A DNA stretch of 63,981 nucleotides, filler included, from Saprolegnia diclina VS20 (Eukaryota): assembly GCF_000281045.1 (NCBI RefSeq). It is 6 parts of 3 records of this genome, joined end to end, with 100 filler letters (N's around TTAATTAATTAA, not from the genome) between each part and the next. Parts side by side here need not be neighbours in the genome. Positions count along the whole stretch, not along the records: positions 25,462 to 54,451 come from NW_008246137.1; 5 more parts are not named here. One strand, written 5' to 3'. Each line of letters starts with the position of its first letter. Position 1 is the first letter of the stretch. Position numbers and translations under genes: made by a program. The notes under the pieces are model-generated. The model was given only the letters and a program-made list of their open reading frames with translations, did not search any database and was not told where the DNA came from. Shown piece after piece: positions 31,664 through 43,135 of this stretch.

Positions 31664-33500
31664 ATGATTCCGCCACCCGTCGCCTGCAGCACGGCCGAGG
31701 TCAACGACTGCGCCGAGCGCGTGAACGCGTGGGCAGGCTTGCCGTGCGATGAGCAGGACGCCTTCACGTACGTCTCGCCGGTCAACTTTACTCTGCTATG
31801 CACCGACAGCGACTGCCTCGCCAAGGCCAAGGCGTACCCGGCGCTCGAAACGCGCTGTCGCCACTGTCTGCCCGACGACCCGCGCGTGCAGCGCCCGTTG
31901 TACACCAACTTTTGCAGCTCGAGCGCCGTTCAGACCAAGATTGCGACTTTGTACAAGCACTGGGCCATCTGCGAAGCGATGAGCGGAGGCAGCGCCAACG
32001 ACCCCAAGTCCGAGGGCTGCAACTCGTGCACGTGGACGACCGCGCTTCTCAACGACGCCAACATGACAGCGTCGGCAGGCGGCAACTTGGACCAGTTTAG
32101 CAACTTTACAAGCCGCATTGTGCACCCGCGAGCCAACGAGACTGACCGCGTCGTACGCAACTCGATTCTCTGCGCCCGCGTCAAGACCACGTCGCCGCCA
32201 GGGCCGCACGAAGGCACGACCGTGCTCACGTCAGCGCCCACGAAATCGAGCAGCAATAGCAGCAGCAGCAGTGGCGGTGGCAGCATGAACGACGCGACCA
32301 TGTACACGTACGTGGGTGTCGCCGTCATTGGCGCGCTTTGCAGCGTGGCTTTATTGCTCTTTGTCTTGCGGCGCCGACGCCAACGCCGGTCCACGACCTG
32401 TCGCCCGCTCTCGGCCACGGGCGAACCGAGCGCGTCCCGGCAAGGCGTCACGACCGGTGACGACGGCGACGAGTACTATGACGCCTTGTCGCCGGCCGCG
32501 TCCATGGCGGCCACGTGGACCAAAGACGTGCCGACAGTCCGCGAAAAGGACGTTGAGGTCGTCCAGCTCCTTGCGCAAGGCGCCAACGGCCAAGTCTTTC
32601 TCGGTGTCTACAACGGCCGCCATGTGGCGATCAAGACCATGCTACCGGGCCACCACACATCGCAAGAGATGTTTACCATCATGCACGAGATCGGCATTCT
32701 CTCACGGTACGTGCTCGGGAACTGTCATTGTCATTTTATTTTCTGTCATTTTCGGATGATTTTTGTCATTTTTGGATGATTTTTGTCATTTTTGGATGAT
32801 TTCCTCACTTTGCCCTTGTAGATTGCAACATGCATCGATCGTTCAGTTTCTCGGTGTCGTTGCGCCGCCTCGGACCGAAGGCGACGTCCGGTTCCTCGTC
32901 GAGTACATGGACCTCGGGGACCTCCGCGACCGGCTACTGCACTCGACGCCGCAGTCGCTGCCGTGGCACGGCCAGGACAAGCCTTCTATCGCGAGCCAGA
33001 TCGTCGCGGGCCTTGTGTACCTCCACGCCCAAGATATCATCCACCGCGATCTCAAATCGCGCAACATTTTACTTTCGTCGGGCGGTGGCGCCAAGATCTC
33101 GGACTTTGGCGCCGCGCGGCCTGCGTCGACGACACACACCATGACGCGTGGCGTCGGCACGTACCGCTGGATGGCGCCCGAGGTACTGAGTGAGAACCAG
33201 TACTCGGTCGCGGCCGACATCTTTTCGTTTGGTATTCTCCTCACGGAGCTCGACACGCACATGATCCCGTACACGGACGTCAAGAGCAAAAAGTCGGGCG
33301 CGCCGCTCGTCGACACGGCGATCGTGTCCATGGTGATCGCCGGTGCGATCCAGCCGACGGTGCGCGTCGACTGCCCGCTCTGGCTCCAAGAACTTATTAT
33401 GCAGTGCATTGCAACCGACCCGAGTTTACGCCCGACAGCGCGCGATATCCAAGTGCGTTTTCATCAGCACGGCTTTCCAACTGGCGTGTCGCCACGATAG
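31664..33500 (+). CDS. Receptor-like TKL protein kinase (exons 31664-32706 and 32822-33500)
   Basis: Cys-rich N-terminal region, Ser-rich linker, TM helix (YVGVAVIGALCSVALLLFVL-RRRR), AQGANG, VAIK, HRDLKSRN, DFG, GTYRWMAPE. A GTACGT...TAG intron at 32707-32821 joins the two track ORFs in frame (ILSR/LQHASIV). Confidence 0.92.
32744..32802. repeat. 20-bp tandem repeat x3 inside the kinase intron
   Basis: TGTCATTTT(T/C)GGATGATTTT repeated three times. Confidence 0.9.
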
Positions 33501-33695
33501 AAGCCTACTGACTCGTATTTATTAAACTTTGATTTGTTTCGATTTTTGCGTTTTAAAAAATGAGAGTGGGGAACTAGAGAGCCCTCTCCTCTCCGTGAGG
33601 ACCTCGCTAAAGGGACAACAGGCTACCTGATGATGGTGCGGATCGAGAATGCTATGGTCGATCGATCGTTCCGAGTCCTTATTCCCCACATCCGC

Positions 33696-33734
33696 GGGCT
33701 AGGGCTAGGGTAGGGCTAGGGTAGGGCTAGGGTA
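33696..33734 (+). repeat. Telomere-like (C)TAGGG tract with G-quadruplex potential
   Basis: GGGCTAGGGCTAGGGTAGGGCTAGGGTAGGGCTAGGGTA, seven GGG runs. Confidence 0.85.
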
Positions 33735-33933
33735 AAGCCTGCCGCCGTGCTTGTGCGACCAACTAGACTTGCTGATACGTGGCCTTATCCACTGGATGTA
33801 CCTCTTCGATGTGCACGTTGTATGTACCGTACGGGTAGCGTCCTATCTTTTGTGTTGGTGCAAGTATCCCTAGGAGGCTTTGGTTAGGACCTTGCTCGTA
33901 TTGTTATTTATCGTCGATGTCGAGACTGTTGCG

Positions 33934-35796
33934 CTACAGCGGAGCAGAAAACCCGGCTGACGTGGCCACTTGCTTGTGGGCGGGGCGGTGGGCGAGCAAT
34001 AGGGGTCGGGCCCGGCGCGGCGCACGTACGACATCGATCGCCGCTGCCGTGCCAAACTTCTTGTCGAGCGCAAACGCAAGGAACGGTACCGTATGTGGAA
34101 ACGCTGTCCGCTCGACAATGGTTTCCAACGCTGCGTGGGAAAATAGACTCGGGTACGCAGTGTAGAGCGCCTCGAAGACGTCCATCAAACCAAGACGCAT
34201 GCAATACTCGAGCGTCTCGAGCGTCGGCGGTGCGACGCCGGGGACATGGACCATCTCGATAATGTTTTTACCGTGGCGCCGGGCGCAGTGGAGAAGACGC
34301 TCCATCTGGACGCCGTGCGCGCCGCGCTCGCACACGCGCTGCCACAGCGGCCACGCGCCGACGTCACACGCTGCTTGGACCCACTCTGCCGTGTAGACAT
34401 CGACGCCGTGGGCGTGCAAGAGGTCGACCAGCTCGACCACCAAAGGACGCGCCGCCATCGTGCGCACTTCCTGCACTGCGAACATGTCGGGCACCGCGCC
34501 GCCGTGCAGCAGCGCTTCGTTGGCCAATGCGACGTGACCATGGAGCAGCGCTCTGCGCACGAGTTGAAGTGAGCCCAATGAACCGTCCTTGTCGCGCCGG
34601 CACGCAAGGAGTGCAGCCAGTATGCGCGGATCATAGGAAGGGGCGCCGGCCACGAAGTGGAGAAATCGTTGAAACTCACTCTCAATGAGGCACGGCTGCG
34701 CGACATCGAGCAGCCATCTTAGAGGTCCGTAATAGCCGGGCTGGCGCGGCTTCGCGACATCGAGCATCCACATGAAAGCTCCGTAGCGGCCATGCTGGAG
34801 AGCGCGGTAGAGGGTCATATATGTAGGGCGACGGCCGCAGTTTTCGTAGAGGTACTCGAGTAGCACAATCGACCCGAGGGCGGCCGCGCCGTCGATTGCG
34901 CGGTCCGAGCAGCCTTCGCGGCGCGTTGTGTGCAGAAAAGCAAGGACATTCAGGTGTCCGTTCGACGCGGCGCCGTCCATGGCCGCTGTCGTGCAGCCTT
35001 CATTACGATACAGATGCAAGAAGCGGACGACCTCCAAATGGCCGTTGGTGGCCGCGTCGTCCATGGCGGCGGTTGTGCAGGCAAAACCATCCACATGCAG
35101 TATTTGCACTAACGAGAGCAAGCCCGCGGCCGCCGCGAGGTCCAAGAGGTTGTCGATCGCCGTCGCCGTCCGGTGGTGCGTGTAGAGGTACTGCACTGAC
35201 ACGTCGCAGCGCTGGTGGATTGCAGCTAGCATCGCGCTGGCCGACCATGCACATTCGTAGTGCGCCGTCAGCAGCGACAACAAGTCGGCGTCGTTGCAGG
35301 CCACCGCGAGCACGGGCACGGCTGTCATTGGGACCACTTGGAGCATCCGCTCGATCCACGAGGGCGCGCGCCATGGCATCGCCACGAGCGTGACGGCGAG
35401 GGCGTTATGCCCATAAATGCACGCGCACGCAAACGTCTCGGCGGTCACTCTGTCTGGCCAACGTGCTAGGTAGCGCGCAACCAGGTCGGCGTCGCCGTGC
35501 GCAATCGCCGCGTGCAGCTCCAAGGTGTAGCTCGCGTTCTCTTCAATCACCGTGCACTTGGCCGCAATAAGGTCGTTCGGGTCCAGCCGCGCGTAGTAGC
35601 CGGGGCGCATCTCTTGCTCGAGCAGGCCGTTCCATAAACTCCAGTTGGGCCCGGGCGTATCGCCGGCGTGCCATGTCGTACGATAGAAGTGCTCGAGGTA
35701 AGCTCGGAGCACGCCGTCGACGCCGCCTTGGAAGCTCAAGATGACCGACGCCAGCGCCGACGACGGGTAAAAGACGTCGGTGAGCGTCGTGACCAT
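33934..35796 (-). CDS. Ankyrin-repeat protein, oomycete-expanded family
   Basis: CTTAAMDDAATNGHLEVVRFLHLYRNEG repeats; N-terminal MVTTLTDV..SVILSFQGG shared with the 62475 and 63690 genes. Confidence 0.9.
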   Translation of the reverse strand: MVTTLTDVFYPSSALASVILSFQGGVDGVLRAYLEHFYRTTWHAGDTPGPNWSLWNGLLEQEMRPGYYARLDPNDLIAAKCTVIEENASYTLELHAAIAHGDADLVARYLARWPDRVTAETFACACIYGHNALAVTLVAMPWRAPSWIERMLQVVPMTAVPVLAVACNDADLLSLLTAHYECAWSASAMLAAIHQRCDVSVQYLYTHHRTATAIDNLLDLAAAAGLLSLVQILHVDGFACTTAAMDDAATNGHLEVVRFLHLYRNEGCTTAAMDGAASNGHLNVLAFLHTTRREGCSDRAIDGAAALGSIVLLEYLYENCGRRPTYMTLYRALQHGRYGAFMWMLDVAKPRQPGYYGPLRWLLDVAQPCLIESEFQRFLHFVAGAPSYDPRILAALLACRRDKDGSLGSLQLVRRALLHGHVALANEALLHGGAVPDMFAVQEVRTMAARPLVVELVDLLHAHGVDVYTAEWVQAACDVGAWPLWQRVCERGAHGVQMERLLHCARRHGKNIIEMVHVPGVAPPTLETLEYCMRLGLMDVFEALYTAYPSLFSHAALETIVERTAFPHTVPFLAFALDKKFGTAAAIDVVRAPRRARPLLLAHRPAHKQVATSAGFSAPL

Positions 35797-35890
35797 GTTT
35801 GCGACTGCGCCTCGCGGCGACGTTGTCGGTTGATTGTGACCTGGCTCGCGACGTTCAACGCGTTTTTCAGATTTACCGCCACGAAAATAT

Positions 35891-35952
35891 TGTGTTTTAT
35901 TCCAATATCAACACGTGGAACTGTGTTTTATTCCAATATCAACACGTGGAAC
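35891..35952. repeat. Perfect 31-bp tandem duplication upstream of the ankyrin gene
   Basis: TGTGTTTTATTCCAATATCAACACGTGGAAC x2; contains CCAAT and CACGTG. Confidence 0.9.
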
Positions 35953-37016
35953 AGGTTTAACGGCGTCAAGTCGGCGCAATATATATGCCGATGAATATGT
36001 GCGCGCCTCACGACACGGTATCAATATAAAAAGGCAACCAGACTTGATACTCAAGGTGGCGGTTTCACAATGCTGCGATGGCCTGTCCAGTGCGTGACGA
36101 TGCGCCATCGGAGGAAGCGCCGGCGGACGATAGGAGGCTGTCGCTGCACCTAGCAATAGGAACCGTACTGGCACCAAGCTACAGTACCAGTAGTGAATAG
36201 CACGCCACCATCCCGGCCACGTAGAGCTGCCACGTACACTGCCACGTACGGTTTGGCAGCCGGAAAGGCGGTCGCATTCCGACGCCGAGTCGACATTTTC
36301 TGCGGCCAAAAATGCGTCCGGCGCAGAAGCACATCGAATAGCGTCGAAGCCAAACTACATTGATTCCCATCGAGAAATTTCACGGCGTGTGCGTGCGAGA
36401 GGTTTATAGCTTTCTTTAGCGTTGATAGTTGAACACACCCACATACAGACGTCCCACGGCGCCATGTAGCCCTAACCCCAATCGCGTTGGACGACCAGAT
36501 TTGCAGTCGCGTCGCTCGTTGTGCTCAGCAAGGTAGTGGGACGTAGAGCCCCTTTGGCATCTACTAGCGCTAACTGACCGCGACAGGGTCGTTTCAGACA
36601 TGCCTCTCGGTCCGATGCGTTCGCTGAATAGATTGGGTGATAAGGAAACCGGGATCTCGCGTTCCGCCGTATCCTAGGGCCTTGATCCCGTCCGGCTGTA
36701 GCATGCCACCGCCTACAGGCGTGCTTGCTCCGCGGACGCTCGAGTGTGTGATATCCTAGGACAAGGACACACCGTGGTCAGCCGTACGTCACCAATTACA
36801 TCACATTCCAGCTCAGATCTTAGGTGCTTTTGTTTCTTAATCAACTAGGCGCCGTCCGTTTGCATCGACTAAGATGGCTGAGATGGACCGTCTTTGCCTG
36901 TCCCAATCGACGACCGTACGATGTGCTCCTTCTACGACCCTAGGTACACGTGGGAGTCGATCTCTCTGGCGCACGTCGTCGTTTCCTTTTCAGCCTTCAG
37001 CATGTCATTTTTCAAA

Positions 37017-38084
37017 ATGGCCAAAACCACTCCGATCCTCCTCTCCACCCTTGTGCTCGCGACCGCGCAGTCGGGCTTTGAAGCCCTCACCCTCGACGAC
37101 GCCCACGCACTCGCCAACGAGCTCGAGGCGTGGAAGGCGACGCCGGCTGGTCAGGCGGCGGCTAACCTCGGCTTGCTCCCAACGCCGTCCAAGCTCGAGT
37201 CGACCGAAGTCGAGGCGAGCGAGCTCGAGCGCTTCTTTGCGGCCAAGGAGGCCGTGGCGCGCCTCCAGCGCGAGCAGCCGAGCGCGACGTTCAGCATCGA
37301 GACGCCGTTCGCCCTCCTCACAAATGACGAGTTCAAGGCGACGGTCGCGCGCTCGTTTGAGCAGAGCAAGCGCCTGCGCGAAGACATGGACGTCGAGACG
37401 CGCCAGCTCCAAGCCAGCGGCAAGGAATCGGTCGACTGGACGACCCACAAGTGCCTCCCCGACGTGCGCAACCAAGGCAAGTGCGGGTCGTGCTACGCAT
37501 TCGCAGCCGTCGCGGTCGCCGAGTTTGCCCACTGCCTCGCGACGGGCGAGAAGGTCGACGTGGCTGTCCAGGAGCTCGTGAGCTGCGATAGCCGCAGCGG
37601 TGGCGGCTGCGACGGTGGTAGCGCCAACGCCGCCATGAACACGCTTGCGCGCACGCCCATGTGTCTCGCGGCCGACTACCCGTACACGTCTGGGACGACC
37701 AAGGTCAACGGCGAGTGCAAGTCGTCGTCGTGCCCGACCAAGAAGCAGCTCAAGATCGGCACGGCCGTGCGCACGTACGGCGAAAATAACCTTGTCGCGT
37801 CGCTCCAGCTGCGCCCGACGGCCGTGACGGTCGAGGCCGGCAACGACGCGTGGCGCTTCTACAAGGGCGGTGTCGTCACGTCGTGCCCCGGCAAGCGCTC
37901 GGACCACGCCGTGCTCGCGGTGGCTTACGGCACCGAGAACGGCACGCCGTACTACAAGATCAAGAACTCGTGGGGACCCAACTGGGGCGACAACGGCTAC
38001 ATCAAGCTCCAGCGCAACGCTCCCAACACGTACAGCGGCATGTGCAACGTCGGCGAAGGCCCCATGTACCACCGCCTCCGCTAA
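37017..38084 (+). CDS. Secreted C1A cysteine protease without C-terminal extension
   Basis: MAKTTPILLSTLVLATAQSG signal; QGKCGSCYAF, SDHAV, KNSWG. Confidence 0.93.
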   Translation: MAKTTPILLSTLVLATAQSGFEALTLDDAHALANELEAWKATPAGQAAANLGLLPTPSKLESTEVEASELERFFAAKEAVARLQREQPSATFSIETPFALLTNDEFKATVARSFEQSKRLREDMDVETRQLQASGKESVDWTTHKCLPDVRNQGKCGSCYAFAAVAVAEFAHCLATGEKVDVAVQELVSCDSRSGGGCDGGSANAAMNTLARTPMCLAADYPYTSGTTKVNGECKSSSCPTKKQLKIGTAVRTYGENNLVASLQLRPTAVTVEAGNDAWRFYKGGVVTSCPGKRSDHAVLAVAYGTENGTPYYKIKNSWGPNWGDNGYIKLQRNAPNTYSGMCNVGEGPMYHRLR

Positions 38085-38339
38085 AGTATTGACCCATCCT
38101 TGATATACGCGTAGTATGTTCCATTTAACGTAGTAAGAGCAGACTCTATACACAGTACCCCGCCTCGGTTGCCTAGTTGTCGAGCGTGCACGCAAGTGTC
38201 TTGCCGAGCAGGAGAGGGTCGGCCACGTCGTCAAGCACTGTTGCTTGCACTGCGATCTTGCACTTTCTAAAAAACAACGCACGTGATTGGCCCCTTTGGA
38301 CGCTTCGATAAACGACGGCGTTTGATTGGTCGCGTGTCG

Positions 38340-40200
38340 GCGCCGTATCACCACGAGCTTCCTGGACGGCCTGTATGAAGACGTGGTCGCATACGTTGCT
38401 ACGTTTCACCGCCACGCGTGCGAGCATCTGCGCAGCTCCAAGCAGCGGCCGCTCGCGCACGAGGCGACCATCTACCCGAGCCGCCTCCAGCCCGGCGCCT
38501 CGCTCGACTTGGACTGCGGCGGCCTCTTTCTGCAGACGGGCGACATTGACCGGCAAGCGTTCGCGGCGCCGATCCACTTTGCCGTCGCGCGTGGCCATGA
38601 CGAGGTCGTGCTGCGGGCACTGGCCTGTCGCCCGCAGCAGCTCTCAGTCGAGCTCATTGCGTGCACCTTAGCCCACGGTCACACCGACGTGGCTAAGATC
38701 TGGCTTGCGAAGAAGGACCGCTTGGATCCGACCTACCGGTACGTATCCCGGTCGCGGACGACCTCGGTCGAGGCGCGTGTGGTGGCGCGGGATGCCCCCG
38801 AGCTCCTTGTGCTGCTAAAGGTCTTTGCGCCCAAGGTCAACAGGGTCAACGCACTCGCGAGCGCGATCCAAGCCCGCGCGGCGAGCGCCGCCATCACACC
38901 ATGGGTCGGCGGCGGTGAAAGCCACGACCATGGACGCTGTGCGCAGGGCCTTCTCGCACTGGCCATGCAGATGCATCATGACGGCCAGCGCTGCACCTCC
39001 AACGCGATGAGCGGCGCAGCCATCAACACAGACACCTCAGTCGCTTCCTCATTGAGCACCGCTGCGCAAGGGCAACGCGACGTACTAGCCTATCTGATGA
39101 CCCATGTCATGCTCCAGAGCGCGCTGATCTACGCCCCCGCGATCGACAGCGCCAGCAGCTGGACGACGCTGCAGATTCTTTGTGCCCGGCGCGCGTCTCG
39201 CTGCCGACCCTTGCCTCGGCACTCGACGGTGGCCATGTCGACTTTGTCGCGACCCTCTTGCGGACGTACGACCCGGTGTTTCGCTTGGCGACGCGTGCCA
39301 GCCTCGTCGAAGCGTGTGGTCCCACGGGTCGGTCGCGCTCGTCCAGCTGCTCGACGACTATATCACAAGCCTTTCGCTACCGCCGCCGCGCCGCGCCCAC
39401 GAACCGACCTAGCATGCGGGGCACGTTGCTCTCGCCTCTGGGCAGGCTGACGTTGCCGCTTACCTCTCTGTCCGCGACTACCGCTGGCGCCACAGTACGT
39501 TTGACGACGTGGGCCAAGGCGGCGTGTCGATACGGGCCCTGACACGGCGTGTGTTGTGGCGGCGGCGACCTCATCCGTCTCGATGCAGTGGCTGTTGTAC
39601 GCAGCCCGGGGCGCCGGTCTCGATGTCGTGGTCAATGTTGCGATCGACCCGCGTCGAGCACCCGACTGCCATCGACATTGTCGAAGCTGGGAGCGCCTTG
39701 CCCGAGGTGCTCGCGTACTTGTACGACACGTACCGGCCGCGTGTCGGTCGGACGAGGTCGTCCACGTTGCCGTCCGTCGGGGCCGCACCCGTTTCTGCGC
39801 TTTCTATGATCGACCAGAACCTTTGCTCGCTGCGGTCGACTCTGTTTTGGACAGCGCGGTTTGGCGACGCACCCGCCTACCGCCGGCTCGCGCGCGACTG
39901 CTTTTGCGATGCAAAGGATCCTCTCGACACGCTGCTGTTTGTCCTGAGTCTGGGGTACAAGGTGGCGACCCGGGGCGCGGCGGCATTTTGCCCGAGTGCC
40001 TCACGCATCTTTTGCGCTGGTTTGACGCAGCGACGATGCTACCGGGTGAGAGGGCTCTGCGAATAGCAATCGCTCGGCATGCGGCCACGAACGCAAGCGC
40101 GACGGTCTTTATGACGACCATGCGCACCGAAGGCTCTGGCCGTTCAACTGGCTGCTTCGGCTGCTCGAACACGATGCGTGCGCGTCGTACCTCAAGCGAA
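38340..40200 (+). pseudogene. Frameshifted ankyrin-family gene
   Basis: SFLDGLYEDV (compare EFQFGVYEDV), PIHFAVARGH, CTSNAMSGAAIN and ALDGGHVDFV segments are spread over different frames with deletions and no proper start. Confidence 0.65.
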
Positions 40201-40249
40201 TTTTGACGCTCTGGGAAGCATGGGCGACAGAGACGACTATGTAATGTCG

Positions 40250-40303
40250 TTTATGAATTTATGAATTTATGACTTTATGAATTTATGACTTTATGAATTT
40301 ATG
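40250..40303. repeat. 8-bp microsatellite (TTTATGAA/TTTATGAC) x~7
   Basis: Directly visible tandem array. Confidence 0.9.
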
Positions 40304-41348
40304 GGTGCCATCGTCAAGGATAAACAATATGTCCATGGTTTTACGTTGTACCGGGATTATGCACAAATTTCGCGCTTGAACGCTGAAAAGTTGTCAGTCT
40401 TGGACGAGAAAAAGCGGCGATCAGAGGATCGAAGTGTGGTCTTGAGGAGCGACTCGATACTGTGGACTTGCCTCGGTTGATACGATTCCTCGTGTATCCG
40501 GACTTGCAACCGCCCGCAGCGGGCGACACTCCACGGGGCACGGCGCCGATCAGAGGTCTTTCTGGGCAGCGTACTACCGTTGATGTCATCGAGACAGACT
40601 TAACTAGCGACAAGCGTTCAATGGACTATAGTCGTCATTGCTAAATGGACATAGTAAGTATAGTCGATCAAAGTGCCGCCAGCGTCAACGAGCGACTGTC
40701 GCATGGCGTGTCGATTCAACGAAAAATCCCGAAAATTACGGAAAATCCCGAAATTCTTAACGAAATTCTTAGTTGTGCGTCCCGAGAAGACGCGTGTCGT
40801 CGTCGTTGTCTCGCGATTGATTGCCTCGTGTCCCACTCTTCTAGTGGCGTGATCGTGAGTGCGCCTCGTCCAGTCTCCTCTAGCAACCACTCGGTCCTAT
40901 TAATTGGGGCTATTGCAAAAATTGTCGACCGATAACATCCTTCACACGACACTTGATCGACTGGACATGGCGCACACCACCCTAATAGCGCACCCGTGAC
41001 ACGCAAGGTCCATCATGAACCTTGCTGACTGTATGCGACCCGACCAGGTTCCGACCGTACTACGAGTAGACGACGGGCATCTCGTCCTCTCGCCGCAGTC
41101 GCACCCAAGTACGCGCTTCCGTTCGCGCGGGTTCGCTGTGAAAGCGCGGGCAAACCATTGGGGATCGCCGATCCCGGCAATTGCCTAGAAAAGTACAGCG
41201 CCGCCTGTTTATGGCGCGCGCCCAGGTGCACGTAGGTGGCGCACTGTACTGCTCTGTGGTAATGCCCTGCTCAGACGCGACCACCAAGATCGCCACCCAG
41301 ATGCCCATTTCTCGTCCTGCAACCCGTCGCACGCATCGTCTTGCTGCG

Positions 41349-43135
41349 ATGGCGTCGGTGCCACCGCGCTTCTTCCACTGCCCGCCACTGCACACTGCGC
41401 AGCGCGAGGCGTACGTCCAGCTCGCACTCGCCGCGTCGCAAGACACGCTCCTCAATGCGCTTCACATGCAGCGCGCGCGTGCGGCCAAGGTGTGCACGAG
41501 CAAGGCCACGGGTGCCACAGCCCGCGTACGTCTGTCAAGCTCTTGTGCTCGCATACTTACGAACGAACTACGGATGCTAGATCTGCCGCGGCCGCGATCG
41601 CGTCGACCCAAGCGTGCCTGGCGCCGTCGCCTCGACACAGCTCCACGGCTGCCGGCTCGATGACGTCGTAGCTTTCTTTGATTTCGATCAACTGCCCCAG
41701 CGAAGAGCGTTTGGCGTTGTCAACGGCCAGACGTTGTATACGCTTATCGAACGGTCGGAGGCGCAGCCCATGCACTACGTTGGCCTGCACTGGGTCGCCT
41801 GTGCGAGCCCGCTCGTCGGCGTTGCACCGCGTGACTATTGTGTCCTCGAGGTACCGATGTGTCTCGCGGATTGACTGAGTTGATCGTTGGCGTCGTAGTA
41901 TCAAGATGCATTTGTCTACTTTGACGAGGCGAGCGGCAAGGAGCGTCGTGGGTGGCTGCGCATGCTGCACTCGATCCCGTCGCCGTCGTGCCCGTCGCTC
42001 CGCAGCTCGCACGGCCTCGTACGGGCCGAGCTCTTCCGCGTACGTTCTCTTCTTCGCTGCATTCCGTGCTGAAGGCTCTTGACGCTGTTAGTCTGGACAC
42101 GTATTCATCGAGACCGACACGCCGGGTGTCCTCGACTACCACAATGTGCTCTGCGCCAAGTACCACGGGTCGCTCCCTCAATTCCTCGCGGCTAATACCA
42201 TGGTGTCCCAAGTGAGCCAAGTACAAAAATATTCCTCGGACGACCTCATTTTAAACGATGCTGTGGACCATTAGGTGCTGCAGCTCCAGGAACAACTGAC
42301 GCCGTCTGCGTCATCGGTCTTTGTCAAAGCCAAGCGCGCGCACTGCCACCGGTGCAGTGTGAAATTCTCGAGTTTGTTTCAACGCTCCCGCACCTGTGAC
42401 TACTGTGTTGAGGTACAAAAAAAAGAAAAGTATCAATGTATCGACCGCAACACGATAGGTCTATTGCCGGCGCTGCTGCCGCGTGCGCGGCGACGACTAC
42501 ATTTGTGCGGCGTGCGAAGCGCCTCAGTTTACACTCAGTCGAGCCGAGCGCTCGGTCAAGGTGCGCCCGAGCTTGCGCGCGACGCAGGCGACCGACCGAT
42601 CGACCCAGTCGTCGTTGGCCGGGGACGTTGCCTTCTCGGACCCGACACCCGATGACGCGGCGTGCGTCATCGAGGGCACATTTACCTTTATCGCGTCGTC
42701 GCGGTCGCTCGTCGTGCAACAAGAGATTGCACTTCTCGAAGTCCAGCCAAAGCATCCAGTGCCGCCGATCGAGCGCAAGCGAACGTTCTCGGACGGTGCC
42801 GTGCCGCTCTTACAGCACCCGCAGCGCGACTCGACGCAGACATCATCCACCAAGAAGAAGCTCTATGTGCTCTACGAAGACCCGCTACGACCCCTCGGTA
42901 GATATTTAGCATTTGTAGCATTTATGGATTTTTGTGTCTAGAGCCGTCGGCGCTCGACGAGACGCTGGGGACTGCGCGCCTTGCACTGCAGAGCCAACGG
43001 AGCAACCAATTGTACAGCATTTTGCGCTCCAAATACGACGCGCCAGACGGCAACGAGCACCGAAAGAAGGTGATCGAGCGTCTCTGTGTCGACCTCCTTC
43101 GGCCAAACGAGGCAGCACCGACTGCCTCTGTATAG
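41349..43135 (+). CDS. Oomycete START-like + FYVE-type zinc-finger protein, 7 exons
   Basis: MASVPPRFFHCPPL start; YVGLHW..SP..RDYCVLE/YQ..RRGWLRMLHS..CPSL..GLVRA START-like block; C2-C2-C2-C2 finger (HCHRC..TCDYC..YCRRC..ICAAC). GT-AG introns at 41526-41580, ~41851-41898, ~42040-42090, ~42212-42274, ~42413-42458 and ~42898-42941. Confidence 0.8.
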
